64,000 nucleotides of DNA from Hormiphora californensis (Eukaryota > Animalia > Ctenophora): positions 4,650,001-4,714,000 of the forward strand of contig CM035356.1 of assembly GCA_020137815.1 (NCBI GenBank). Reading direction: 5' to 3'. Both the position numbers and the translations under genes were made by a program. Shown piece after piece: positions 1 to 12,025 of this stretch (the first letter of the stretch is position 1; each line of letters begins with the position of its first letter). The notes below the pieces were generated by a model. That model was not told the origin of the DNA, searched no databases, and saw only the letters and a program-made list of their open reading frames with translations.

Positions 1-546
1 TCCAATGGATATACCGTGAGTGCAGCCTTTACTCTTAGCCAGCACCTCCGACTCAACAATCAGCCTCTCACCCAAACCATGGCCCCTGTGGTCTGGATGA
101 ACCACAAGAAAGGTGTCGGAGAGAATCTTATCAGTGGAGAACCTCTCGAAAAAGGGTGTTTTGTCGTACCCCGCTGCAGCGAACATGAGGGGGAGTCGTG
201 TGAAGACAGCCTCGTGGTCCTCAGCAGATGCAAACAGCCAGAACAAGATACTAACAATGGTGGAATGGAGCCACTTCCACAGTGAGATCAGCAGGGGGTA
301 ACTGGGCATGTTGACATCACCCAGTCTACATCCCACAACATCCCCAGTCTCCGTGTCAACAGCCATGACGGTGTACCCACTACTTGCTATGGGTGCTATG
401 AAGCCTTGGTCCCACAGAGGGTACCGGTAGAGGGGGCAGATGATGGACCAAGGTTCCTCTGTGTAAAAGTGACCCATCATGGCCACTATCTCCTGGACTC
501 GGTCAGGTGTGGCAGGCACCACGCGATATCGGTCAGAGGATGTCAT
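1..546 (-). CDS. GNAT acetyltransferase, arylalkylamine N-acetyltransferase-like (paralog 1, runs off the window edge)
   Basis: Not in the ORF track. Manual translation from ATG at 546 gives MTSSDRYRVVPATPDRVQEIVAMMGHFYTEEPW...VMAVDTETGDVVGCRLG...KILSDTFLVVHPDHRGHGLGERLIVESEVLAKSKGCTH, collinear with the two neighbouring paralogs and with an acetyl-CoA motif RGxGLG. Confidence 0.85.
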   Translation of the reverse strand, partial: MTSSDRYRVVPATPDRVQEIVAMMGHFYTEEPWSIICPLYRYPLWDQGFIAPIASSGYTVMAVDTETGDVVGCRLGDVNMPSYPLLISLWKWLHSTIVSILFWLFASAEDHEAVFTRLPLMFAAAGYDKTPFFERFSTDKILSDTFLVVHPDHRGHGLGERLIVESEVLAKSKGCTHGISIG

Positions 547-999
547 GTTCCTGCAACATAGATAATGGGATTAGGAATGAACATTGAATAAGACTGAAGG
601 TCGATTTCAGCCGCACGAGGGAATTTCAGGGGAATGAGGGGGGAATGAGGATGACGTATTGAATAAGCTTTTTTCAAAGAAGACCCGATTTAAGGAATCA
701 TCAATCAATAAATCTAATAAAAGATACAATTTATTACATGAGATTAAAAGAACATTTTAGTGATATAACTAGCTGGTCAAATAATTTACACATTGCTTCA
801 CAGTGCAGTTCTTGTATGGATGTACACTGTAAAGTTTCTATGGTAATAATTTACATTTAGGAAAGTTTAAGAGATTTTACCACTGGTAATCATTTCATCA
901 ATGCTACAGAGAACATAAACTGGCGTAGAGGCATGTTAATTTTGTTAATATTTTGCTAATTAACATGACAAGCTCCCCCTGCCCCCATTGAATACCAGT

Positions 1000-1716
1000 T
1001 CAAAGGACTTTAGTAAAGAGTTTTGCTGACTGGTGTATTTTTGGTAGTTTCCCCAGGTTGGGCAGCTGCTCCCCACTTTCTAACCGGATATCAGAATACA
1101 TAGTCTCCTGCTCCATTTTATAACCCAACCTATGGAAGACCTTCTGAGAGAAGATCCCGGTTGCCACAGCCACGGTGTGAGTACAACCTGCTGCCCTGGC
1201 AACAGCTTCAGATTCCGCCAGGAGACGCTCACCCAGCCTAGCACCACGTGCAGTAGAACTAACACAGAGGAATGTATCGGAGAGGATCTTACTACAGTTG
1301 AAAACTTTGAAGTATCGCCGCGGGGTGTACCCGGTAGACTCACTGATCAGAGGTAACAAAACCAGCTCCCCATACCGTATCCCCGGTGTAGCATACATCA
1401 AATACATCCCAAACACGATCCATTCCCAGATCCAGTTCTTGAACCGCTCCAGGAGAGAGTAGTGACTCTTGTAAACTCTACCAAGACGTATCCCCACTAT
1501 CTCACCGGTGTGTGTATCGGTTGCCATGACGCTTACCCCGCTCCGTGCACATGGTCCAGTTACCGAGAAATGGAACATTGTGTGAGGAGGGTTGTTAGAT
1601 CCCATCAGGATGGAGAAGGGCTCCTCAGGAAAGAAATGGGTGTTCATGAGGTCGGAAATTTCTTGGAGGCGGTCAGTGTTACATGGGATTGTTTCGATAC
1701 GATACCTCTCACTCAT
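1000..1716 (-). CDS. GNAT acetyltransferase, AANAT-like (paralog 2), intronless
   Basis: 238 aa with FFPEEP, GEIVGIRL, LCVSSTARGARLGERL and ATGIFSQKVFHRLGY motifs, typical of insect-type AANAT GNATs. Confidence 0.85.
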   Translation of the reverse strand: MSERYRIETIPCNTDRLQEISDLMNTHFFPEEPFSILMGSNNPPHTMFHFSVTGPCARSGVSVMATDTHTGEIVGIRLGRVYKSHYSLLERFKNWIWEWIVFGMYLMYATPGIRYGELVLLPLISESTGYTPRRYFKVFNCSKILSDTFLCVSSTARGARLGERLLAESEAVARAAGCTHTVAVATGIFSQKVFHRLGYKMEQETMYSDIRLESGEQLPNLGKLPKIHQSAKLFTKVL

Positions 1717-2145
1717 GTTGCAGTACTGTTGACCTGGGCCTGTTAGAGGGCCTAAAGGAAAACAAAGATTTCAATGAAAAAGAAACTTAAATGAAGAACA
1801 ATACTCATTTCATCATATTATATAAGTAAGGGGGTCGGCCAATATCGGCCATATAATGTAAAAAAGTAAAACCAGTTGATATTGCGAAGTAATAAAGGCT
1901 AAAAGTTAAAACTACAGACGAATGAACAGAAACTTTGCACATAACTTTCTAGTTACACATCACAGATCTGAACAATAATATTATCATCTCAACATTACAC
2001 AATAAACCTGAATAAATGCTTAAAAACTACAAGAAACTATATATTATACATATATCAGTAGTATTATCAATACTTGTTATATGTTCTAACCCCCTTTTAC
2101 ATTTGTTTGTTACCGTGCGGGGTGAGACAAGGGCTAGATAAGTAC

Positions 2146-2850
2146 TCAAAGCTCTCTGGTAAATGAGATACAGTGGGTGTGGATGCTGGGAACCTTATCC
2201 AAATTGGGAAGGGGATCTCCGTTTTTAAGTCTCATCTCATCATATCGCACCTCCTTAACCAGTGTGTAGGGCAACTTCTTGAATATCCTCTGAGAGTAGC
2301 ACCCCGTCGCCACGACAACAGCATGAGTGGCGCCCAGTTCCTTGGCTCTCTGCTCTGATGCCACCACCAACCTCTCCCCCAACCGGGCACCACGGGCACT
2401 AGGACTAACACACACAAACGTGTCCGCCAACATTCGGCTACATTTCAATTTCCCGAAAAACGAGCGGGTATCGTACTCCACGGCCTCGTTGATAGTAGGA
2501 ATCACGGTGACGAAGCCACGATAGAGATCCCTGTTTGTGAACCAGAGACCCCACTCAAGCATCTTCATAAACGCCTTATCCCTGAACTTCTCCCAGTATG
2601 TATCATTAATTACGTATCCTAGTCGGACACCAACCACCTTACCAGTCTCTCTCTCCACCGCCATTACACCAGTCCCCTGACGGACCATGTCTTTGAAGAA
2701 ATCATCGGTAGCTGAACTTCTTTTGATTCCCAGCATGGTTGAAATAGGTTCTCCCTCAAAGAAGTGCTCCATGATGACCAGGATCTCTTCTATCTTGTCA
2801 GTGTTGGGCGGAATGGGTACAATGTCATACTTATCTTCTGCTTCACTCAT
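2146..2850 (-). CDS. GNAT acetyltransferase, AANAT-like (paralog 3), intronless
   Basis: 234 aa with HFFEGEP, GKVVGVRL, VCVSPSARGARLGERL and ATGCYSQRIF motifs. Confidence 0.85.
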   Translation of the reverse strand: MSEAEDKYDIVPIPPNTDKIEEILVIMEHFFEGEPISTMLGIKRSSATDDFFKDMVRQGTGVMAVERETGKVVGVRLGYVINDTYWEKFRDKAFMKMLEWGLWFTNRDLYRGFVTVIPTINEAVEYDTRSFFGKLKCSRMLADTFVCVSPSARGARLGERLVVASEQRAKELGATHAVVVATGCYSQRIFKKLPYTLVKEVRYDEMRLKNGDPLPNLDKVPSIHTHCISFTREL

Positions 2851-3262
2851 ATCTCCGGCCTATAAACAAAGAAAAAGTCATAATAGTGTCAGTTGTGGAA
2901 TTATCAGCGGTCGCAGTCAGTCAGACCATTGCACTGAATGGTGGTCAGTGGACAGTCATGGACAGTCGACAGTGACGCTAACCACTGTGAGAAGTAGAAG
3001 TCTAGGATCTCTTAACAATGTCAATCATTGACTCAAAAACCGGTTGAGAGTGCACATTGACAGTCAATGTACCCTCTCAACCAATTAGATTCTTGGTTTT
3101 TGGGCAAAAACGTGGAATTATTGATAGTTTTGAGGCATTCTGGTGACTTGGATATACCATATATTTGGTTGGAACTAGTCGCGCGGTGCAGGCCTGAACA
3201 TTTCCGTCCAAAATCAAAGCAAGACATTGGCATACGTTGCAGGCCCCTTATAATATAATATA

Positions 3263-3460
3263 AGGGTTAAGGTTAGGGTTAGGGTTAGGGTTAGGGTTAG
3301 GGGGGTGCGCGCATGAGGGGGCTGCAGCGCATTCCAAAGCAAGACAAAAAAGGCCAGCGTTAAAATCTGGGTGTTTCGTGAGTGCTGACAAACGGTTTTT
3401 TAGGGTTAGGGCTAAAGTAGGGTTAGGGTTAGGGTTGGGGTTTGGGTTGGGGTTAGGCCT
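3263..3460. repeat. Interstitial (TTAGGG)n-like tracts inside a dispersed repeat
   Basis: gggttagggttagg runs at ~3263-3300 and ~3400-3458, flanking a segment shared with the repeats at ~7672-7708 and ~11655-11690. Confidence 0.7.
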
Positions 3461-3593
3461 TGACATTCCCTACCAGATAAACTTTGAATTAGCCAAAATG
3501 GTTGAGTGGTTCGGCGGTTAGAGCCGTTTTAGTGAATCAACTTTTTTGGCAGCGCGCACCTGTAAACAGGCCACCAAACACCCAGATCGTAAC

Positions 3594-3690
3594 GTTGGCA
3601 TACGTTGCAGGCCCCTTATAATATAATATAAGGGGCCTGGAGGGAATACCGCGCTAGGGGGGAATACATAATCAATCATATCTCCGGTTC
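3594..3690. repeat. Dispersed repeat with palindromic core (gcaggcccctta...taaggggcctg); continues as the family at 7220-7710 and 10681-11700
   Basis: 3601-3690 is identical to 10681-10770, with a partial copy at 3226-3265. 7221-7710 aligns with 10772-11690. Confidence 0.75.
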
Positions 3691-3781
3691 AAATTCAAAT
3701 TTGAATTCAAATTCATAAATTTGCGTAACACACAGGATATTTAAAAAGATAAACCTCCTAAAAAGAGTCAATACTCAGTAC

Positions 3782-5109
3782 CAGGAAACGACCGAACCGG
3801 GTTTTTTTCCACCGAACCGAACCGAACCGAATTCGAAAAACTTTTTTACCGAACCGAACCGAACCGAACCGAACCGAATTTCGGTAACCGAACCGAACCG
3901 AACCATACAAAACTTTTTCTGTATAAATGTTTCTCTAAAAAGTCATGGAGAGCACCGATCAAGGTATTGAGAATCATTCTCTGAAATTTTGTTAAAAAAT
4001 GTTTGAAAAAATTTCAAAGTCAATTTTGTGAAAAAATTTTCAAAGTCAATTTTATCGTAAATTTTCTATGTCAATTTTTGCGTACGAATCGTGTTTCGAA
4101 TCGGCAATGCTATACGGGAATGGTATTGCTAATTAGCAGGATTAAACGAACCATGAATCGTGTCTCTCTAAATTTCCTAATTAGATTTGATGGGGGATCA
4201 CGTATCAGCACAATCCATCTCGGACCCACTAGTTACCAACATCACTCCCGTTTAGCATTGTCGATTAGAAACACGATTCGTATACCATAATTTACTTAAA
4301 ATATTTTTCACAAAAAAAATTCACAAAATTTCAGGTAATGATTCTCAATACTTTGATCGATGCTCTCCATGAATTTTTAGAGAAACATTTAATTTTGTGA
4401 AAAAACTTTGTAAAATATTTCAAAGTCAATTTCGGAAAAAAAAATCTATGTCAATTTTGCCGTACGAATCGTGTTGGGAATCGGTGATGCTATGCGGCAG
4501 TGCTCTCGCTAATTAGCAGGATTTATTGAAACATGAATCGTTTCCCCTAAACTTCCTAATTAGATTTGATGGGGGATCACGTATCAGCATAATCCATCTC
4601 GGACCCACTAATTAGCAACATCACTCCCGCTTAGCAATACCGATTCGAAACACGATTCGTACGCAAAAATTGACATAGAAAATTTTCAATAAAATTGACT
4701 TTGAAATATTTTCAAACTTTTTTACAAAATTTCAGAGAATGATTCTTAACACCTTGATCGGTGCTCTCCATGAATTTTTTGAAAAAAAAGTGTCTGAATT
4801 TGTTGACCCTCTCATGAGGACACGATTGGACGGGAAGTCAGGTATCAAATCAATCCATATCGAACCCGCTAACTAGCGAAATCATTTCCACATAGCACCA
4901 CCTATTCGAAATTGACATTGAAATCCATATAATTTTCGTGAAATAATTGAAAAATTTTGCATGAAAAAGCCCGATTTCTGGGCATTTTTGACCAAAAAAT
5001 TCGGTGGTTCGGCCAAAATTTCCTACCGAACCGAACCGAACCGAACCGCCCAAAAAACACCGAATTTCCGAACCGAACCGAACCGAACCGAATATTCGGT
5101 CGCTTCCTG
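3782..5109. mobile_element. Non-autonomous hAT-type element
   Basis: TIRs caggaaacgaccgaa / ttcggtcgcttcctg, 8-bp TSD ctcagtac (3774-3781, 5110-5117), subterminal (accga)n arrays and internal direct/inverted repeats. Confidence 0.85.
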
Positions 5110-5117
5110 CTCAGTAC

Positions 5118-7218
5118 ACTCACAGCACAGCGACACATAACACACTAACACGCATCATGGACACCACTCTAGTATTGAGTTGCTGTTTGCTTGAGCAGGA
5201 TAACCGCTGATGGGGGGTGTATCCGGAATGGTAGAGAGGAAACTACCTAGCTGAGATTTGAACTGATAAAGAGTTGGGGCCTCCTTTACAGATCGAGGCA
5301 AAGTGTTCCACAACCTTGCCCCCAGTACCGCAAATGATTGTTCATATAGCGACAAGATAGATCGTTGAGCCTCGTACGAGTATCGAGGGACGACAGCTCT
5401 AGGGCCAGAGCGGTGACTGTCGACGAAACACATGTCAGTACTGTTGGGTATCTCATTGTTGTACACTTTCCACACAAGAATCATAGTGTACCTCTCTCGT
5501 CGGCGCTGAAGCGACAAAAGTCCCAGGGTTTGAAGACGTTGCCAGTAGTTCAGCCCCTTGAGACCAACGATCTTACGGGTGTACGATCGTTGAATATCCT
5601 CAACACGACTGATATCCCCATTTTTGGAAGGTGACCACAGTGTGCAACAGTAGTCAAGATGGGGACGCACCAGTGACTTGTAAAGAGTCATCATGGTGCG
5701 GCGAGTTCTGGATCTAAATGCACTTAACGTCCATCCAGCAACCCGACTAGCCGTGGTAACAACTCGAGATATTTGGGCCGACCATTGACCATCACTCGAG
5801 AGTAGAACACCTAAGTCTCGGACAGTGTCTGTTGGATCGATGAACCTCCCATCAGAGAGTTGATAGGAATAGTTCTCAGCACTGAACGGTACTTCTCTAA
5901 GCGAACTGGTGTGATTCAGGGTGAAATTCATGACCTCGAACTTTGACTGGTGCAAGGACATATTGTTAGCGTCAGCCCAGGTTATCACACTGTTCAGGTC
6001 CTCCTGTAGGTTCAATTTGTCAACCATAGTACGGATAGCAGAGAAGATTTTAGTGTCATCAGCGAACGACAAAGAAGAACCGTGTTTGATTACGGATTCC
6101 AGGTCAATTACATAAATCAGAAATAAAAGTGGACCGAGAACAGTCCCTTGTGGGACCCCACTTCTGACTTCTGCAAAAGAAGACGCTACGCCGTCGACTA
6201 AGACCGTTTGTTTCCGGTCTAGTAGGAAGCTGCGGATCCATTCAAGGAGTTTGCCCTTAACTCCATATCTCTGCAGCTTTTCGAGAAGTATACCGATGTC
6301 AACTTTGTCAAAAGCCTTCTCGAAGTCTAAGTAGATTACATCCACTTCAAGAAGGTTGTTGAGATTGTTCAGAATATTGTCAATGTGACGAGTGAGTTGG
6401 GATAGGCAGCTCCTCTTGCTTCTAAATCCATGCTGAGACTCGTTAAACAAGTTCTCTGATTCAAAGTATGACACCATTTGAGATCTTACAACCCGTTCAA
6501 ATGTCTTGGCAATGTGGCTGGTGAGGGAGATCGGGCGGTAATTTTCAGCTTTCATTTTAGGACCCTTTTTGTAGAGGGGTGCAATGTACTGAAGTTTCAG
6601 ACAGGGTGATACAATACCAGAATCAAACGATTTGGCCCATAAGATAGATAGGGGGTAGGACAGCGATGATCGGCAGTCACGTAAAATTCTGGCAGGTACA
6701 TCTCCTGGAGGGCCGGCTGAATAGGGATTGAGGTCATGTAGTGCCTTTTCAATATCAGCGGTGGAGAAAACGATGTCTGAAAGGCTGCATGTAGAAGGAG
6801 TAATGTTGTCTGCAGCTGCTGAAGGGGAGTTTGAAGGAGTGCTGAAAACAGAGGTAAATTGTGATTGAAATAGTTCTGCCTTCATCTCGGGAACGTCCGT
6901 AAGTGACCCATCACTTTTCTGTAAAGGAGGTATACGTGACTGGGTCTTCCTCTTTCTGTTGGCGTATGACCAGAAGAATTTTGGGTTAGCTTTGAGTTTT
7001 ATCAACGCCTCGTTTTCATCAGAATCAAGTCGCTGAGAAATGTGACACAAGATGGCCCAAGTAATTCTGGAAACACCAACCTCTAGCTGTGGCAAAAGGT
7101 GAGGTTTATTCTGCCGGGCGAGAGTAATCCGTTTATTCAAACTCCGCTGTTTCACTTTCAATTTCCTGAGAATAGGGTCCCTTCTTTTTTTACGGGCCTT
7201 CTTCTTACGAGAGTGGTG
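5118..7218 (-). mobile_element. 5'-truncated CR1-group LINE (RT domain, ORF 5155-7161)
   Basis: [37 protein letters not shown] and a CR1-type C-terminus (LLSLQRRRER). The APE domain is missing. Confidence 0.92.
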
Positions 7219-7714
7219 AGATAAGGTACAGAAATCGTTTTGGTAGCGTTGGAAAGAGGAAGATAACAGCTTTCAAATGCAACCGGTTTCAGGTCTCTAT
7301 CTTATCAGGAACAGGAGATATGAACCAAACTCCGCAAAATCGAGTGCGGTAAAATAAAAAATTCGAGATTTTAATTCAAATTTGAAACAAAGTGTCCCTG
7401 CAGGGATCTGTGACGTCACTTTTTGAAAACAACCAATCTTTGAACGGCTATTGCTCAGCCTCCTCAAGTCCAATTAACTTCTCTCAAAAACAGCAAGGTA
7501 GATAATTGTCAGATCTAACAGCTAGTGAAAGAATCAAGCAAAACGGACTTCAGGGGCCAAAGTTATAAGCACCGCCGTTTTTTCGCTCGCAAAGTTATCT
7601 TCGACCCAGCCGGGCCCGTCCTGAGCTCAGGCCAAACGCGCGCGCGGCATTCCCTTCAGTCCCCTCGTTGCGGGGGTGCGCGCATGAGGGGGCTGCAGCG
7701 CATTCCAAATCGTA

Positions 7715-7865
7715 AAGTCGGATTTTTTGAAGTTGTCACCCCCCTTTTCGTGCGCGGAATGTTTTTGCGCGTCACATCACATGTTAACGTGTGGTGTGCG
7801 CGTCAAAATTGATAAATTTCACATGCGCGGTCATTTTGGGGTGACAACTTCAAAAAATCCGACTT
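7715..7865. mobile_element. TA-flanked MITE (TIR aagtcggattttttgaa)
   Basis: TIR pair with TA on both sides; same family as 11099-11320 and 11338-11559. Confidence 0.8.
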
Positions 7866-7873
7866 TAACGGCG

Positions 7874-9290
7874 GTTTCAAGGCAACTTTCGTGTCTGGGA
7901 AGGTTGACGAATGGTGTAGACAGGTGGAGTTGTTGTCTGCCATCGCCCTCTCTGAACCCCAATGTGCATATAGTGGTTACTCAATGGGTTTATCGAAAAA
8001 ATGGTTGTTTCTTATGCGTACCACATCGGACATTGGCAATCTTTTTGACCCCCTTGAGGAGGCTATATCGAACTCCTTTATCCCAGCATTACTTGGTCCC
8101 AATTTACCACAACATCTACGGTCCGTGTTTGCTCTTCCCTCGAGGGACGGAGGCCTTGGCATCCACGTTACCCCATCTCAAGCTGATGCTGAGTTCTCCA
8201 ACTCTACCCAGGCCACTGCTCCTCTGAAGGAACTGATACTTGAACAGCGATTGTCTATTGATGACGAACGAGCCGGCAGATTTATCTCCGACTCCAAGGA
8301 GGCCAAGTCCGACGTTGTCAAGAAAAAGCGTAAGATCCAATCTACCGAAAAGGAAAGTGCCTGCGGTAATATACCTGAAAACGAGAGACGACTTTTTGAT
8401 GAAATTTCTTCCCGGGGCGCTTCTAGTTGGCTAACCGCCCTCCCTCTAAAGGAACACGGTTTTGTACTAAACAAACAGCAGTTTCAAGACGCCCTTCTTC
8501 TCAGATACAATCTGCCGTTCCAAAACATTCCCCTGTCCTGTGCCTGTGGAAAGGTCAATACCCTTGAACATTGCTTATCATGTGCTCTTGGCGGGTACGT
8601 GTATATGCGCCACAATAACATCAGGGACCTGACTGCTAATATTCTACTCGAGGCAGGGTGTAAGGATGTCGAAGTCGAGCCTCAGCTCCTTCCCATCTCC
8701 GGCGAGACGTTCAACTATCGTTCAACAATCACTGAGAACAGTGCCCGACTTGACGTCTCGGCCAGAGGTGTGTGGAGCCCGCTTGACAAGGTTTACACGG
8801 ATATAAGGGTTTTCAACTCTTTGGCACCCACTAACAACCGCCAGTCCGTGGATGACACTTTTCGGAGACACGAACAGGAGAAGATCCGGAACTATAACGA
8901 CCGTGTAATACAGGTGGAAAAGGCGACTTTCATGCCGCTTGTGTTCTCTACTACAGGCCTGATGGGTCCTAAGGCGGAAGTTTTTTACAAACGGGCTGCC
9001 ACCCTTCTATCCAACAAAACAGGCCACACCTACAGCGACTCCATCCGCTATATCCGGCTCCGCCTTTCATTTTGTCTGCTGAAGACTATACTGATATCAA
9101 TAAGGGGGTACAGAGGAAACTGTTTTACCCGATTTAATTCTTATGACAATGATTTTAACCTTATAATCTAACTTATTATTTTTATAGTCCTAATGACCAA
9201 CTTAATGTGTATATAGTGATTGTGTAACCTGATTTATTTCTTATATAAAGTTGAACCGGTCAACCCGGCTTTCCAAAAAAAAAAAAAAAA
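7874..9290 (+). mobile_element. 5'-truncated CRE-like non-LTR retrotransposon with restriction-like endonuclease (ORF 7891-9171)
   Basis: LPSRDGGLG, zinc motif CACG...EHCLSC, RHNNIRD, RLE motif RLDV...DIRV...EKIRNY, poly(A) at 9275-9290, 12-bp TSD actttaacggcg (7862-7873, 9291-9302). Confidence 0.88.
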
Positions 9291-9316
9291 ACTTTAACGG
9301 CGCCCGACTTGGCATA

Positions 9317-10680
9317 GGGGAGATTAGCGTATAATGGGATACCATTATATTTTTGACTACACCTCATACGTTATTACACTCATCCCTTCTGATTAACAAC
9401 CCAGGATGCTGTTTTGCCCCAATATATATCCCCAATATGGTTTTATGTGCCCGATATGCTCTGATGCGTGAATATCGTGATATCCCATTTGGGGTGCAAA
9501 TTTTACAGCCGAAATAAAATGTGGTAAAATGGGATAGTACTTTTTGGTAATATGGGATATCCCATTTGGGCCAAAAAATGGTATCCCATTTGACCTAAAT
9601 GAAGTTTTTCACTACTACGACAGATGAAAATCATCATAAACAGACATTAGAGATGTCAGGGATACGTTATGATTCGTATCTATATATAGAGTCTGGCAGA
9701 CATTAGAAGCTACTAGCTAGTAAATCGGCTGGAAAGATTGGAGCCGCGGGTCTTCAAACAGTGGCTGAGACGACAACCGCTTGCTAGTCTTGGGGGCCAC
9801 AGCTGGTTTTCCCAACACTAGAACGACGTCATCGAGGTCAACCACTTTCACTTATGCTTGATATTATAAAATGTCGCTCTGCGAGCTCGTAGACCAGTCG
9901 ACGGATGTCCGTTATCGTCAAACCAAATAAATGCGTCTCCAGTAGCAGGATGTGATCACACAACTGCTGTTCCAGATCTGCAGACAAAATGGTAGTTCCG
10001 CTCCCCAGAATCTTCATGGCACCCTCTGCAAACTTCTTCCCTTTCACTCTCCATTCGAGGGTGCTCTTGGGCACGTTGAACAATTTCGAGGCCATAAGGT
10101 ACCCACATTCCCCTGTCTTGACAGCTTTGATGGCCTTCCTCATACTGACAGTGTCCCAGCTTTGTCTAGTGGTTTTCCGAGTTTTTTGAGACGTGAAATC
10201 GCTGCCATTACGAATCTAATTAAAGAAAAGTACATTTTTGGTCAAATGAGATACCAAAAATTTGGTCAAATGGGATACCCCATTTGGCCAAACAGCAAAC
10301 CATCCCATTAAACAAAAACAGGGCATGAAGTAAAATCAAGTTATCAAGTCATGAGATAGTTATTTATCACTAAATTCATAGCAGGAGTGGAATGAAAATT
10401 GTTTAAACTAACCTATTGATCGGTCAAATCTAGCATACAAGTCACAACAAAGATAAGAAAGCGAGCTGAGCTCGATTGAACTTTCTAGTTGCGTTTTTTT
10501 CAAAGGGGACCCCTGTGTTATTTGCACTGTAATTCTCAGATGAGTTGTTGAACGTTATAAGAATGGTGTAAGATTATATCAGAACAGCATCCTATGTCAG
10601 AAAATCACGCACATCCCACAGTAATCCCTGGAGCCCAATATCCCATTTGACCAAGTATCCCATTTGAGGCGAATCTCCCC
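9317..10680 (-). mobile_element. Internally deleted pogo/Tigger-like DNA transposon
   Basis: TIRs ggggagatt / aatctcccc with TA TSD. ORF 9838-10143 encodes psq-HTH plus CENP-B-type HTH with no DDE domain. The empty site ggcaTAcgttgcagg is seen at ~3229 and ~3597. Confidence 0.85.
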
Positions 10681-11098
10681 TACGTTGCAGGCCCCTTATA
10701 ATATAATATAAGGGGCCTGGAGGGAATACCGCGCTAGGGGGGAATACATAATCAATCATATCTCCGGTTCCAGATAAGGTACAGAAATCGTTTTGGTAGC
10801 GTTGGAAAGAGGAAGATAACAGCTTTCAAATGCAACCGGTTTCAGGTCTCTATCTTATCAGGAACAGGAGATATGAACCAAACTCCGCAAAATCGAGTGC
10901 GGTAAAATCAAAATTTGAATGAAATTTTTAAAAAGGTGTCCCTGCAAGAATCTGTGACGTCACTTTTTGAAAACAACCCATCTTTCAACGGCTATTGCTC
11001 AGCCTCCTTAAGTCCAATTAACTTCTCTTAAAAACAGCAAGGTAAAGATAATCGTCAGATCTAACAACTGGTGAAAGAATCAAGTCAAACGGACTTTA

Positions 11099-11559
11099 AA
11101 GTCGGATTTTTTGAAACTGTCACCCCCCTGGGTATTTTCAAATTTCGTAAATGACCATAAATCCGGTTCCTGACGAGATAGAGACTTGAAATTTGGAGGT
11201 TACGAAGATCTTGCTAAGTTCTTCCGAACCTCCAAATTTCAAGTCTCTATCTTATCAGGAACCGGAGATATGGCAAATTTTGTTATTTCAGGGGGGTGAC
11301 AGTTTCAAAAAATCCGACTTTAGGAGCCAAAGTTATAAAGTCGGATTTTTTGAAACTGTCACCCCCCTGGAGTTTTCAAATTTCTTTAAATGACCATAAG
11401 TCCAGTTCCTGATGAGATAGAGACTTGAAATTTGGAGGTTACGAAGATCTTGCTAAGTTCTTCCGAACCTCCAAATTTCAAGTCGCTATCTCATCAGAAA
11501 CCGGGGATATGACAAATTTTGTTATTTCAGGGGGGTGACAGTTTCAAAAAATCCGACTT
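11099..11559. mobile_element. Two adjacent copies of the TA-flanked MITE (11099-11320, 11338-11559)
   Basis: Near-identical ~222-bp units with TIRs. Both are absent from the paralogous repeat at ~7545-7570, which supports TA target duplication. Confidence 0.88.
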
Positions 11560-12025
11560 TAAGCACCGCCGTTTTTTCGACCGCAAAGTTATCTTCGACC
11601 CAGCCGGGATCAGGCCAAACGCGCGCGCGGCATTCCCTCCAGTCCCCTCGTTGCGGGGGTGCGCGCATGAGGGGGCTGCAGCGCATTCCAAGCGCCCGAC
11701 AAAAAAGGTGTCCAAAACGCGAACGACTTTTCCGTCCAAAAATTTGGCATTTTACTGGATTGTCTGCTGCATACTGGCGTGAATTGAGCGCCGTGGCGAA
11801 AAAAGTTGCCAAAAGCGCTGCAAATATCAAGCCGCGCAGTCTTTTCATTCTCTTAATATTAAGTTATATATATTATATTAAGTCCGTTTCAAGCGACTTG
11901 ACCCAGAGGGGCGAAAACTTCAAAAAAATCCGACTTTAGATACACTTATCATCAAATCATGCATCAATTCTCAAAACTACACCCATTTGACATATTAACC
12001 CGATTTCTTTGTATTATGCAGGAAT

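Noticed and set aside
3263-3460. True telomere or chromosome fusion site
   Set aside because: Short degenerate tracts embedded in a dispersed repeat, all in one orientation.
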